In this document: positions 24,484-36,994 of the stretch, one piece after another
Position numbering within the stretch: position 1 is the first letter of the stretch
Layout: each line of letters begins with the position of its first letter
Assembly (NCBI GenBank): GCA_951406725.2
Contig: OX597821.1
Coordinates: forward strand, 72,354,001 to 72,418,000
DNA: 64,000 bases
Reading direction: 5' to 3'
From: Octopus vulgaris
Taxonomy: Eukaryota
The notes under the pieces: model-generated
The model's input: only the letters and a program-made list of their open reading frames with translations
Told to the model about the DNA's origin: nothing
Databases searched by the model: none
Program-made: the position numbers and the translations under genes

Positions 24484-25084
24484 GTAAAAGTTCATTTAAA
24501 GAAATTTCTTTTGTTTTGTTGAAATAATCTCCAAGAAAAGATAGCTTGATCATATTTTGAAATGTCCATTGTGAAGACATTTGACAATAGAAGTTTATTT
24601 ATTGGTTTGGATTAATTTTGTCCTGGTTGGATCTTCACTGCTTTGAATTCAAATCTTGGCATTCACACAACATTAAAGCTGATGTCATGGTGTGAAGGAG
24701 ATGAGCAATAAGTCTCTCACTCTGGATAAGACGTTGGACTGTTGCTGATAAAATCCCCAGATGATCCAGACAAACTGAAACAATATTGGATATCATGGGT
24801 TCAAATCTTTTGCAAATATTTCAGTCCATATCTTTGTGACTGAGTGTTGTATGTATGTGTTGTCTCCGTATGTCTGTGAAGTACTGCTCATGCAGTCTTT
24901 TCATTTCCATGTCATTCAGAATTGGCAGAAAATATTCCTTACATTTTGGTAAAATAATGAACAAAATTCTTTTGTTTTCCAGATTTCTAAGGGCAGATTC
25001 CTTTGAAATTTTTAAATGTTCAAGTTATAGTCTTTTTTTTAGATAATATACATAAAATATATATGAAATAGAAAATTGGATTCA

Positions 25085-25848
25085 GAGTGAGACCTTTGGA
25101 AATATGCTGTGCTTGAGAAGACCCGGAAAGCCAAGTGAGACCATAACCTCATGGCCTATGCCAGGGGTGTAACCAGCCCACTTATGTGTACCTTTCCTTC
25201 ATTGGACACTAAACACTACTTGTGAAGACCTATTGAGGCAAGTGAAATCGAAATCAAATTTGATGACTGGCATCCGTGCTAGTGGAGCACTAGGAGCACC
25301 ATCCAAGCATAATTGTTGCCAGAGCAGCTGACTGGCTTCTGTGCCGGTGGGCATGTAAAAAACACCATTTGAGCATGGCTGTTGTCAGTACCTATTTCTT
25401 TATTACCCACAAGGGGCTAAACACAGAGGGGACAAACAAGGACAGACATAGGTATTAAGTCGATTACATCGACCCCAGTGCGTAACTGGTGCTTAATTTA
25501 TCGACCCTGAAAGGATGAAAGGCAAAGTCGACCTCGGCGGAATTTGAACTCACAACGTAACGGCAGACGAAATACCGCAAAGCATTTCGCCCGGCGTGCT
25601 AACGCTTCTGCCAGCTCGCCGCCTTACTGTTGTCAGTACCGCCAGACTGGCCTTCGTGTCGGTGGCATGTAAAAGCACCCACTACACTCTCGGAGTGGTT
25701 GGCATTAGGAAGGGCATCCAGCTGTAGAAACTCTGCCAGATCAGATTGGAGCCTGGTGCAAACATCTGGTTCACCAGTCCTCAGTCAAAATCGTCCAACC
25801 CATGCTAGCATGGAAAGCAGATATTAAACAATGACGATGATGATGATG
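25085..25848 (+). mobile_element. RTE ORF end plus 3' UTR, interrupted by a full SINE (25393-25626, minus strand)
   Basis: RDLWKYAVLEKTRKAK* runs into the UTR and (GAT)n tail. The SINE is flanked by the TSD CTGTTGTCAGTACC (25379-25392 and 25627-25640). Confidence 0.88.
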
Positions 25849-26204
25849 AGTATCAAACAGAATTCACAGTAAGCATTCTGGCTAGAAACTGGTTATCAGT
25901 TCATAGAGTAATTGAATTATGATGTAGTTTTACTTGTCCATGCAACCTAAAATCTAGGCTATAAAGTAGTATATATTTCCACAAGGAGTAAAGAATAAGT
26001 ATAGAATGCTAAATGTACATATTAATGTAAAATGTATGTATCTAATTTGGAATGTTAAAATTTATACAATATGGAGAAGGTTCTGAAACAGTTGTAATCA
26101 CATGGAGATAATAAATCTGTATTCACTTCTCATATCTCCTGATTCTATTCTTATATATATGTGTGTGTGTGTGTGTAAAATTCTTTTTTTTTTTTACTCT
26201 TCAG

Positions 26205-26324
26205 GATTGTACTTAGCTGGTTTGCTCCAGAATGGGTTAGTATTTCTTTGGAAAAAAGATGGCAACAAAGTGTGGATGATTGAAGGGCTTCCTCAGTATA
26301 TTTCAAATTGGGGAACAAACCAAG
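26205..26324 (+). CDS. CPLANE1: CPLANE1-like coding exon 3
   Basis: (G)LYLAGLLQNGLVFLWKKDGNKVWMIEG... (compare vertebrate WLAGVLTTGELFLWNKD). Phase 1 to 1. Confidence 0.87.
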
Positions 26325-26413
26325 GTATGGAAGAAAAAAGGACATTTTTTTTATCTTTAATGTAACCTTTCTAACTTAATTGTAAATGTGTAGCAAATTG
26401 TTTATCAGAACAA

Positions 26414-26452
<39 letters not shown>

Positions 26453-27181
26453 ATATCTGTCTAATCTGGTCTGATCTATCTACTCCATCCATCCAGTAAT
26501 ACAGAACTTGGGACCAGATAATAACAAAGTGAACTCACTATCCATACAGCCATGCTTATATATGTGTGTGTATCATCATTTAATATCCATTGTCCATACT
26601 GACATGTGTTAAGAATATCATTCAACTACAGTAGTAGTTGAATGATATTCTTAAGGCCACAATTTATTCACACCCAGCATCTTTCAGAGCTTGTCGCTAA
26701 TTCAGTTCTTAACAAAATTTAAAGCTGTTAACATTTTTGAAGAGGACTGGTTCCTAGCTACATTTTGGCATAAAAAAATTTCAGATTTGGTCCAGAAGAA
26801 AAAAGGTTTACATCAAAATTTGTAGCAATGTTATAAGAGAGTAACGCCTCCAATCAAGTTTAGATTTAAATAAATTTCTTATTTTAAAAGCAAAATATAT
26901 TTATCTTAGCTTCAGTGATAGAAGAAGGCATGAAGAATTTCATAGTTATGAGTGTTTCTCAAATTTGAAGGTGATAATATAGTTCTATACTTTTTTATGA
27001 ATATAGTTCTATAAAGGAACTTTTAATATATGTCACCGACGCCATTGAGGTAAAGAAACATTTGACACATTATAATTAGCATAATAGCATAGCCTGGAAA
27101 AATCGTGGATTACATGGGAAACCTGGAAAAGTACAGGACAAGTTATTACATCTGGTAAAGTAGAGGACAAGAAAATTACCG

Positions 27182-27499
27182 ATGTTGCTGTAATTTAGCT
27201 CCAGGAGACATCATCTCCAGCTGGCTATACGACATGATCTGTGTCCTTATATTTTCAAACAAGGGAATCTAGCGCCCCAACTCAGCTCAAAACAATATCT
27301 GTGTATCGCGATTTCTGGGTTATTTCTCTTCATCAGCACAGAATAATTGTTCAGGAAATAACCCGGAAATCACGATACACAAATATTGTTTTGAGCTGAG
27401 TTGGGGTGCTAGATTCCCTTGTTTGAAAATATAAGGACACAGATCATGTCGTATAGCCAGCTGGAGACGATGTCTCCTGGGGCTAAATTACAGCAACAT
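27182..27499. mobile_element. Palindromic Penelope-like pseudo-LTR element (145-bp arms)
   Basis: 27182-27326 is the near-perfect reverse complement of 27355-27499. Contains a hammerhead motif. Confidence 0.7.
27298..27342 (-). ncRNA. Minimal type I hammerhead ribozyme motif
   Basis: TCTGTG-CTGATGA-AGAGAAATAACCCA-GAAA-TCGCGA-TA-CACAGA: 6-bp stem I, intact core, palindromic stem III, imperfect stem II. Confidence 0.7.
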
Positions 27500-27807
27500 T
27501 TGTCCTAAACCAGGACTGCCATGTTGTTAGCAAACAATCTTTACTCCAATTATTATTATTATTATTTGATAGAATTGTTAGAGTTTTAGGAGCAAATGCT
27601 GGTATTTCTTCTGGCTCTTTACATTCTAACCCTAACACAAATTTCACTGAGGCTGACTTTGTCTTTCGTCCATTTGGAGGTCAATAAAGCAAGTACCAGC
27701 TGAATACTGAGGTTGATGTAATTGATTTTCCCTCCCCTCAAAATTTATGGCACCAAAATCAGAAAAGCTTATTTTTGTTATTTCTTTTGTTTTTGTTTCG
27801 TCTTTAG

Positions 27808-28028
27808 ATTGTTACAGCATTTACGTATCTGATGATGCCACGAAAATATTGGTTGCTGCCAGTGATGGCAGTGTCTATATTTGGCTTTGGTCATCAGTCC
27901 CTTCAGTTTCAATCAAGGAACAAAATGTCATTGGTTGCTGGTATCCAGTTGATATTTCTGAAAGCGTTCAAGATATTTTTAGATTGGCTAATCAATCTGT
28001 AATAACAGCCATCTTTTATAGCAATGTG
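27808..28028 (+). CDS. CPLANE1: CPLANE1-like coding exon 4
   Basis: (D)CYSIYVSDDATKILVAASDGSVYIW...VITAIFYSNV|GTAAGT. Phase 1 to 0. Confidence 0.87.
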
Positions 28029-29022
28029 GTAAGTATCTCTGTCTCCATTTTGCATGAGTGTTATTTGTAGTTTGACTTTGGGTTTGAAGAAATGCAGTTT
28101 TATCATTGGCCATGCATTCTCACCAATCATAAAACTACTGTAATTGAAAATGCACGCCTTCTTTATGTTTTAAGAATTTTAATTTAAATTCTATGGTTTT
28201 CTTCTCTGTTTTTCTTGACTAAAAATAGTCACACAGATAATTATTTTCCCTTTTCTTCATTACGAAATGCTACTCAGCAACATCACTTGCACCCTGTGGC
28301 ACAAAAAGAAAAAAGAAGCAAAGCACTTGCTATACACTGTGAAATGTTTGGTATTAGGAATGGCATCCAATCATGGAAATCCTGTCAAAGCTGACATCTG
28401 AGCTCAACCATAGCTCTGTGGCTCACTGGACCCTGTCAAACCATCCAATCCATGTCAGCATGGAAAACATCATCATCACCATCCTTTAACGTCCACTTCC
28501 CATGCTAGCATGGGTTGGACGATTTGACTGAGGACTGGCGAACCAGATGGCTGCACCAGACTCCAATCTGTTCTGGCAGAGTTTCTACAGCTGGATGCCC
28601 TTCCTAATGCCAACCACTCCGAGAGTAGGTACTTTTACGTGCCACCTGCACGAGGGCCAGTCTGGCAGTACTGGCAACGGCCACACTCAAAAAGGTATTC
28701 TTTACGTGCCACCTGCACAGGAGTCAGTCCAGCGGCACTGGCAACAACCTCGCTCGAATGTTTTGTTCTTGTGCCACTGACACAAATGCCAGTAAGGCGA
28801 TGCTGGTAACAATCATGCTTAGATGGTGCTTTTTACGTGCCCACTGGTACAAAAGCCAGACAGCTGCTCTGGCAGTGATCCAGCTCAGATGGAGCTGTCA
28901 GCGCTCCACTGGCACGGGTGCCAGTCATTGAATTTGATTGGAATCAAATAATGATGTTGATGATGATGGCGTACCACATGGAACATATTAGCCCTCACTT
29001 TCCTATAAATTATATGTTGCAG

Positions 29023-29132
29023 GTTGTTGGCTGCTGTTGCAATTGTTCCTTCTTGTTGTCCGACAAACAAGCTTTCACCATCGTTACACTCTACCTTAAC
29101 TTCTTATCTGCTGCTTTACCTCCCACATCAAG
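29023..29132 (+). CDS. CPLANE1: CPLANE1-like coding exon 5
   Basis: VVGCCCNCSFLLSDKQAFTIVTLYLNF... (compare FGDCCLCSFTF). Phase 0 to 2. Confidence 0.85.
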
Positions 29133-30852
29133 GTAAGATACTCTGTTTTTAAATAATCTTTGGGTTTTTTTTTTTTCAATTTAACTTTTAATGTATTTAG
29201 ACTAGCAATTTTGACCCGTGCTTCGCTCGGGTTTTGGTGGTGTTGTTGTTTTATGAGTGCTGTCTCCTTTTCCCTTTCTTCTTTTGTTCATCTTCTTTAC
29301 CTGGTTATTTTATTGCCCTCTTCTTTACTCCACTTCCCAAAATCCCCCAAATTTTTACACCCACAATTAAACATAACCGCCTTTAGCCGTTGCAGCAACA
29401 CGAAAAGCCACCATTATTCAAACAGTGCAACCTGTCTATCCCATAAATCTCAGTTTTTCCCATATTCCTCACTATGGCAACTAAACGGTAGCCCCGAGTG
29501 ACTTGCAACTCTCCTCACACCATTGCCCACCCCATTTTATCCCCCAGTGTAAATTTTGGTGCCAATCCGACCCCATCTACCACCCCTTAAACCGTTCCCA
29601 TCCCAAAATGAGACAAATAACCAAGAAATCAAACAACTTTTTCGCATTTCAGCTTTATAGAGATTGATTCACAAATAATATCAACCAGTATTTAACTCAT
29701 TTTGCTTCTCTTTTTCTAACTTGACATTTTTCGTTTATTTTTTTTAACAAGACTCTTGCATAACAGCTTGAGATTGTTACGCTGGAGTTGTGTCATCTAC
29801 ATCGGCAGGTGATCCCAGGCAGCTCTAGTATTGAGTACATCAGTAGGTGACTCCAGGCAGTTCTGGTACTGCTTATATTGGTGGGTGTCCTGGGGCAACT
29901 CTTGTATCACAATGGAAGGGGCCAAAGCCTCTTCAGAGCTGCTTCACCACCTGATGAGACATCAGTTCATGCATTTGGAGACAGAATACAACCAGCATTG
30001 TTAGCATGCAAGTGTTTATCCCAAATGAATTTTAAGGCCTCCATTAGTTGGGTCAACAAGGTTGATCTGGATAGGAATTTTCCAAGTCGACCACCTTGAA
30101 AGTTCCTCTTCAAGGTGGTTGACTTGGACTAAACATTTTTTTTTAATGGAAACTGATAGTTGTTCATGCAGCAAGTCTTCCCTCTCCATACTCCCCTCAC
30201 TAGTATTGCTCCAGGGTAAGGCGAGGGCTGATACAGCCCAATACCAATGTTGTCTCGGACAAACCCAGAATGCAATGAACCAGAACAAAAGTCCCGAGGC
30301 ATTTTGTCTGGCAATTCTGTCAGTCCACTGCTCTTGATTTGTATTTTATTTTATCAATTCTGGAAGGATGAAAGACAGAGCTGACCTCAATGTGATTTGA
30401 ACCCAGAGCACAGGTAGTCTGAACAGATACTGCCAGTCCAAACTGAGTCTGAAATATTCCATTTTTATGTCCCATAATGATTTTAATCATGCTCCTCTCT
30501 TATCTTCTGTTGTTGGTTTTCTGTTTGGCTTCTGCCTCAAAGCCTTATGCCACAAGGGGTCTCTCTTGGAACCCTGTCCCATCTGAGTTGATTTGTCAGA
30601 AACAACCTATGAAGAATGTTTTCTAGAAATGGTCAACACATGGATAATAGTCAGAGTTCATAAAGCCTGTTTGCAAACCATTTTTTAAAAATCCAATTGG
30701 ATTGATATTTCAAGCAGGTCAAACAATATTTTCCAAAATGAATTCCAAAGAAAATTCTGGAATTCCAGGAGAAAAAGAATTTATAAAAGAATTTTTTTTT
30801 TCAAAATTAGATTTCATACCAATTTTCATGCCAATTACTTGTTGCTTTTCCA

Positions 30853-31045
30853 TAAAACTTCCATGCTTCATGAGATTCGCCAACACTACACCTGATCTTC
30901 TCCCCTCCATACACACACAAGCATGTATCTGACTCATACACTGTTCGCTTTCCAGACATTTGTACATTACTGCATATGTTTTATACGCACTTTTGACAAG
31001 TTGTGGTGCACTTGAGCACTGTAATAATTTCATTATTATTATTAT
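30853..31045 (+). mobile_element. CR1-type LINE 3' tail (short copy of 37340-37550)
   Basis: AAAACTTCCATGC...GAGATTCGCCAACACTACACCTGATC...(ATT)n. Confidence 0.8.
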
Positions 31046-31247
31046 AAATTCTCTCTTTAAAACAATCATTATTTCATTTAATGTTTTGTTAAATTAAGCA
31101 GGTAGAATTAGACTTTCACTAATTTTTGGAAATCATATAAAAGGTTCCACGTGGAAATAAGTTTTAAAATCCCTGATGGCTTGTGGTGTTGGTGCTGGTG
31201 GTAGCATTGTTGTTGTAATCTAAATTCATTTCTGGTCTTGTTTTCAG

Positions 31248-31490
31248 CTTCTATCCATTTAACTTTGATTGGATGTCTGTTAGCTACAACCAAACTGACA
31301 TAGCACTGAACAAGATGAATGACAAACCAGTGGCTGCCTACTCCAGGGATGGCCAAATACTTGCCGTTGCCATCAACAAGACTGTTGCCAACCAAAACAA
31401 AATAATGTTCTTGTCTCCTTTTACAAATACAACTGTTGTGACAGACATGAAAGGAAATGGTACTAACGAATCTTCATCAACTCATTTCAG
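31248..31490 (+). CDS. CPLANE1: CPLANE1-like coding exon 6
   Basis: ...AAYSRDGQILAVAINK...TDMKG (compare SAFSRDGLTLAVTLNQ). Phase 2 to 2. Confidence 0.9.
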
Positions 31491-32244
31491 GTAACCAAAC
31501 AACATCATTAACAGAACTATTTAAAGATTTAGTGAGAGAAGGAAGGGCAGTGCTTATGACCTTTATTTTGTAGTTTCTCTAAGCCTAGTGAGGGGTAAGT
31601 AAGGAAAACCCTTCAGACCCGAAGCTTGCTTTGAATGCATGCAACGGAACTGAACTTAACTAAAGGCAAACAAAAGGAATAATTAAAAAAAAGAAAAAGA
31701 AAAAAATTCAAGATAATTTCACAGAAAAGGCTTAAATCCCTCCTTGAAGAGATGACCCCACATTGAGGTCCACAATTTTATCTACTTGCTTGATTTGGTA
31801 TTGAACTTAAGAGGACAAAACAAATATTGAGCTGACTGAGGACAAGAGGTAAATACCAGTTGCCCCCACAGGGTAAGAGGTGGCTGTCAGTAAACAACCA
31901 GGGAACTATTGATAAATAAGGGATCACTGCTCAGTAAGTTTGGGCATTCTTTATGTTTTAACTCACTGACAATTTCAGAGGACCCAGTTTGGAGAAGGTG
32001 ATCTGAATGAAGGTAGTCATGGTCATCCCTTGATCACATCTAGGTGGGGACTTTCATCCATACCTTCTTTATTTGTCTTTATTTTTACTAAATTTAAAAC
32101 CTATTTCAGTATAATGTTCAGAGTGTTTTGATCTTCTCTTCATATATTTATTTATTCATTTATTATAACATTGTTGCATATTCTGTTATCCTTTTTGTGT
32201 AACCAATTTTTGTGGCCAGTAAAGAAATGAAATTTATTATTATT

Positions 32245-32536
32245 ATTGCAGTGTGGAAGGTGTTTATAAGCCATTTAAAAACACATAAAAACCATTAGAT
32301 TTACTTCAACATTTAAATTTAACTTGTCAAAATATTTTTCGTCGCTTTGAGACCATGACCTGTTTACTGACAAAATTTCATGTTGCATCTGAGATGCAGC
32401 CCAGAATTTTGTCAGTGAACAGGTTGCAGTCTTAAAGTGATGGAAATATTTTGGCAAATTAAATTTAAATGTTGAAGTGAATCTAATGGTTTTTGTGTGT
32501 TTTTAAATGGCTTATAAACATCTTCCACACTGCAAT
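32245..32536. mobile_element. Palindromic foldback element (~130-bp arms), possibly Penelope-derived
   Basis: ATTGCAGTGTGGAAGGTGTTTATAAGCCATTTAAAAACAC... versus ...GTGTTTTTAAATGGCTTATAAACATCTTCCACACTGCAAT. Confidence 0.75.
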
Positions 32537-32872
32537 TGTTTTTGTTCCAGCACATGATTTCAGATCAGGTCACTTGCTATGCAAGTACATCTCCATAATT
32601 ATTATTATTATTATTATTAAGGCAGGGAGATGGCAGAATTGTTAGCACACTGGATGAAATGCTTAGTGGTATTTCACCTGTTGCTACATTCTGAGTTCAA
32701 ATTCGTCTGAGGTTGACTTTACCTTTCGTTCTTGATAAATTAAGTACCAGTGAGATATTGGGGTTGAGGAAATCAACTTCTCCCTTCCCCCAAAATTGCT
32801 GCCCTTGTGGCAAAATTTGAAACCATTATTATTATTGTTGTTGTTATTTTTATCTTTTTTTCATTTTGGCAG

Positions 32873-33055
32873 TTATTACTGGATCGCTTCTATGAAATGG
32901 ACGTACAACAACTTGTTTGTCGTCTGTATACTCAACTCTGGCTCTGTTTGTATTCTTCCTCGTCTTGGTGAACCTGTACTTTTGAAGACCAATGGATTGT
33001 CCCAAGAAATGGGACCAGCCTTCTTCCTGCCAATTCATCCTGTTATTATTGTAAG
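32873..33055 (+). CDS. CPLANE1: CPLANE1-like coding exon 7
   Basis: YYWIASMKWTYNNLFVVCILNSGSVCILPRLGEP...EMGPAFFLPIHPVIIV (compare YWVGDISWTHDSLF...EFGPAEFIPLHPLI). Confidence 0.92.
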
Positions 33056-34612
33056 GTAATTAATGCAATCTTTTTTTTTTTTTTTTGTTCAGAATACTCC
33101 AAGAATCCTTACAAACTCCTTCCTGTCAGCTGAATAAAACTAGCAGAGCTTGGCAAATGAAATAAAATTTTAAAAAAACACAGCTCCGTCTTTCCAATCC
33201 ATCATCATCCTAACAATCATTGGGGGTGGGGTGGGGGAGAGCATGAAGATAATGATGATGATGATGGTGATCATCATCATAATTTCCATCTTCTTCAAAT
33301 CTGTTTGTCCATTTGTTACTTAGGACTATTCAACAATTGTCATCATGGTACCATTCTCACATCTGACTTTGCCATCTTCAAACATTTTTTGGTTTGTTTG
33401 TTTTGCTTCTCTGTTAGATCCTCATCCACCAAAGGGCTCATGGCACTTTTCCCCCAACACAGATTTCATTTCATTCATCTCCTCCTCCTATTGTGCACAT
33501 TGACAAACATGACTGATGCCCAACAAGTTTTACTTTTCAATCCACCTTTCTTCAGTCATCGTTTAATGTCCACTTTCCATGCTGGCATGGTTTGGACGGT
33601 TTGACTGAGGACTGGCAAACCAGGAGGCTGCACCAGGCTCCAATTTGATCTGACAAGGTTTCTACAGCTGGATTCCTTTCCTAACGCCAACCACTCTGAG
33701 AGTGTTGTGGGTGCTTTTTATGTGCCACCAGCATGGGAGCCAGTCAGGCGGCACTGGTATTGACCATGCTCAAATGGTGCTTTTTGTGTACCACCCAGGT
33801 GGCACTGGCATTGTCCACACTTGAATGGTGCTTTTTACATGCCACAAGCACAGGTGCCAGTCAGCATTAGCCACAAATTGTTGTAACAGGAAAGATTTGT
33901 CAGCTATTAGAATTCCAGCTCAAAAGTTTTGCAATTATTCCAGCTTCTTAACAAACACATACTTCTATGCACCTGGAGTTCACCTTGTTGCCAATAATAT
34001 CAGATCTGGGAATGTTACTTGTGATTGACCAATGTCCTTTCCGTGAGATAATTTTTCTCATCCTCTTAACACCATGACAAGGAAGCTAGGTTCTGATCCT
34101 TAAAATTTCTTTGATTTAAAAGACATTTCAAAAACACCATTTTCGAGCATGGCTGTTGCCAGTACTGCCAGACTGGCCCTCATGCCGGTGGCACTTTAAA
34201 AGCACCCATTACACTCTCAGGGTGGTTGGCGTTAGGAGGGGCATCCAGCTGTAGAAACTCTGCCAGATCAAGATTGGAGCCTGGTGCAGCCATCTGGTTT
34301 GCCAGTCTTCAGTCAAATCATCCAACCCATGCTAGCATGGAAAGCGGACGTTAAACGATGATTTCACATTTTTCAGGTGAAAATTGTTGTTTTCACCTAA
34401 AATTGATATCACAAAGATATTGAATTCCTTAGATTCTATTTATTGTATTTTTCTCTCTTTCAAATATTTTTATCACATTATTTTATACATTAATAAATAA
34501 ACTTTTATTTTATTGAAGTAAAAATATAAAAAATTATTTTATTTAATGATTTTGTAATTTTTGTTTCTCAGTCATTGTTAAGGTTGTTTTTTGTTTTTTT
34601 ATTCTTTCACAG

Positions 34613-35689
34613 AGATGAAAATATATCAAAAGCCGAGGCAAATCAACGAAATGAGATTCTCAATTCTCAAAAGTTCTCAATAAGTACTCATCCACATTTA
34701 CCAATTATTATTTGTAGTGACGGCTTTCTTGTGACTGTTCTTGAACTGCCTTACAATTTGGACTGTTTGTCTCTGGTTCAGAACCTCGTCTCTTGGTCCT
34801 CTCAGAAGCTTTCTTTACTAAGTAAAGAATACAAACTTGATTTTACCCATTCCGAACAGAGCTCTGCTGATGGAATTTTTGTCAAGGAAAACATTAGCAG
34901 CCTTACTTTATTGCAACCTCCCAGATCCTATCACTTTGAAGAGGGAACACATTCAGAAGATAGTGACCAAAGCATTCTTCAAGAGGATCATCTTAATAAT
35001 CTAGATGCTGGAGTCATTACATTTGGTGTTCCTTTAACCAACAACTGCAAATCACAGCCAAAAACTTCTAAAACCCACTCAGAAATTTTGAAAAATATTT
35101 ATCTCAGTTTGCTCTTAGCTTGGAAACTTGAGGTGACATCAGGTTGTACCTGGGATCCAACAAGAGCAAAAATTACCAAAGCGACTTTAGTGAATACCTC
35201 CAAGGTATTCCAGCTTTTTCTTGAGGTGTCATCATTAACCAAGTCTTTAAAGAATGAAATGTCAGATAAATCCTCTCTTTTTCATTTGATTCGAATGTTT
35301 CGGGAATTTCTGCATCTTCTTCATTTTGATTTCTTATATCAACGACATCTCAATGTCATCATTTGTTTTGTTCATAAAATTGTTAAACTTATACTTAATA
35401 ACAAGAACCTTTCCAAATCTGATCCTGCTATTAAAACACTTCTGGGATGTGAAGCTTTACTCAACTTTACTAACCGAATTCTTAGCAAGACTTACACCTG
35501 GTCTTCAAAATATCCACCATCAAAAGCCAGGGGAAGGGAAGATCCTTTTCTGGAAATAAACACAGAATCAGAAGATAATAGTTGGTATGAACCTTCAAGA
35601 AATAGCTCAAAGACTTCGAATTCAAGAAAGAAAGTTCCTAAAAAGAAACCCAATGTTGAGCAAACAATCCAAAATAGTTCTTTACAAGA
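34613..35689 (+). CDS. CPLANE1: CPLANE1-like coding exon 8 (1077 nt)
   Basis: QKFSISTHPHLPIIICSDGFLVTVLEL (compare QRFSIKAHSRLPYLVISDGYMVTTL). GA|GTAAGT. Phase 2 to 2. Confidence 0.92.
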
Positions 35690-36135
35690 GTAAGTTCTTT
35701 GATTCGTTTGTTCTTTTACTTGTTTCAGTCATCTGACTGCTGGCCATGCTGGAGCACTGCCTTTTGTCAAACAAATCGATCCCAGCACTTATACTTTGTA
35801 AGCCTAGTACTTATTCTAGCGGTCTCTTTTGCCAAACCGGTAAATTACGGGGACGTAAACACACCAACATCGGTTGTCAAGTGATGGTACAGGGAGAAAC
35901 ACGGACACACACGTGCAAATATATATATATAAATAAGAAAATGGAGAAACAAATTTAGTTTGTTCATCAACTTTCGGATATTAGAATATTTACCTTCACC
36001 CATTTAATACAATAAATGAGTTAATTGCATTGCAATTAAAAACATTTATGTATTAAGAATCTGGGTACTCTACCAACAGTATATTGGATAAATACTATCC
36101 CATAGTGGGTTACACCCATAACCCCTGTCTTACTT

Positions 36136-36186
<51 letters not shown>

Positions 36187-36612
36187 CAGGCTTTTTTCAG
36201 TTTCCATCTACCAAATTCACTCATAAGGCTTTGGTTGGCCCAAGGTGTCACGCAGTGGGACTAAACCCAGAACCATGTGGTTGTGAAGCAAGTTTCTTAC
36301 CACACAGCCACTCCTGCACCTATATTTACTTTATTTAGAACTGTGGAGTATAAGTTCTTATCTAACTCATCTAAGTTATCTTTGGGCAGCTGGTGGTCAT
36401 TTTTTCCTTTTATTTTAGTTTTATTAATTGTTCAGGCAAGATATTGTAGCATCCCTAAAAACATATTAGTTGTTAATCCTGTCACTGCTAAAATCAATAT
36501 GATTAAGTATCCAATCACTAGAATCAATATGAAACAGTTTCGAGAAACCTGAAACAAAACCTGATAAGCTTGAATTTGTTCCTTGTGAATTTTATTTTAC
36601 TTTTTTGTGCAG

Positions 36613-36821
36613 ATTGTTACCAACTTGGAAGTTGTTGATGAAACATGCTGAGATGGTTGCAGCTGAGGACTTCAAACAAAGACAAAAAAAGTCACCACGC
36701 CAGCAGGAAAGTGAGTTCTCAGAAATACTCAGGGAATTGTTCCAGCGCCTCAACACACTTCTTTTCTCCAATCTGTCCAGCACACAAGACATCAAAGAAA
36801 GACCTTGTAATATCAGCAAAG
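36613..36821 (+). CDS. CPLANE1: CPLANE1-like coding exon 9
   Basis: LLPTWKLLMKHAEMV...PCNISK. Phase 2 to 1, canonical splice sites. Confidence 0.8.
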
Positions 36822-36994
36822 GTATGTATGAAGATAGGTTCAAATGTAGAGATATAGAACAGAGATGAGTAATAAAGTCTTCTGCATAATGACAGATAGT
36901 AGAGAGCTGGTTAAGGATGGAGATGACTGAAGAGTAATAATTTTTGCAAACCTATACAACCCATTCCAACATGGATGTCAAAGGAGGAGTATTT

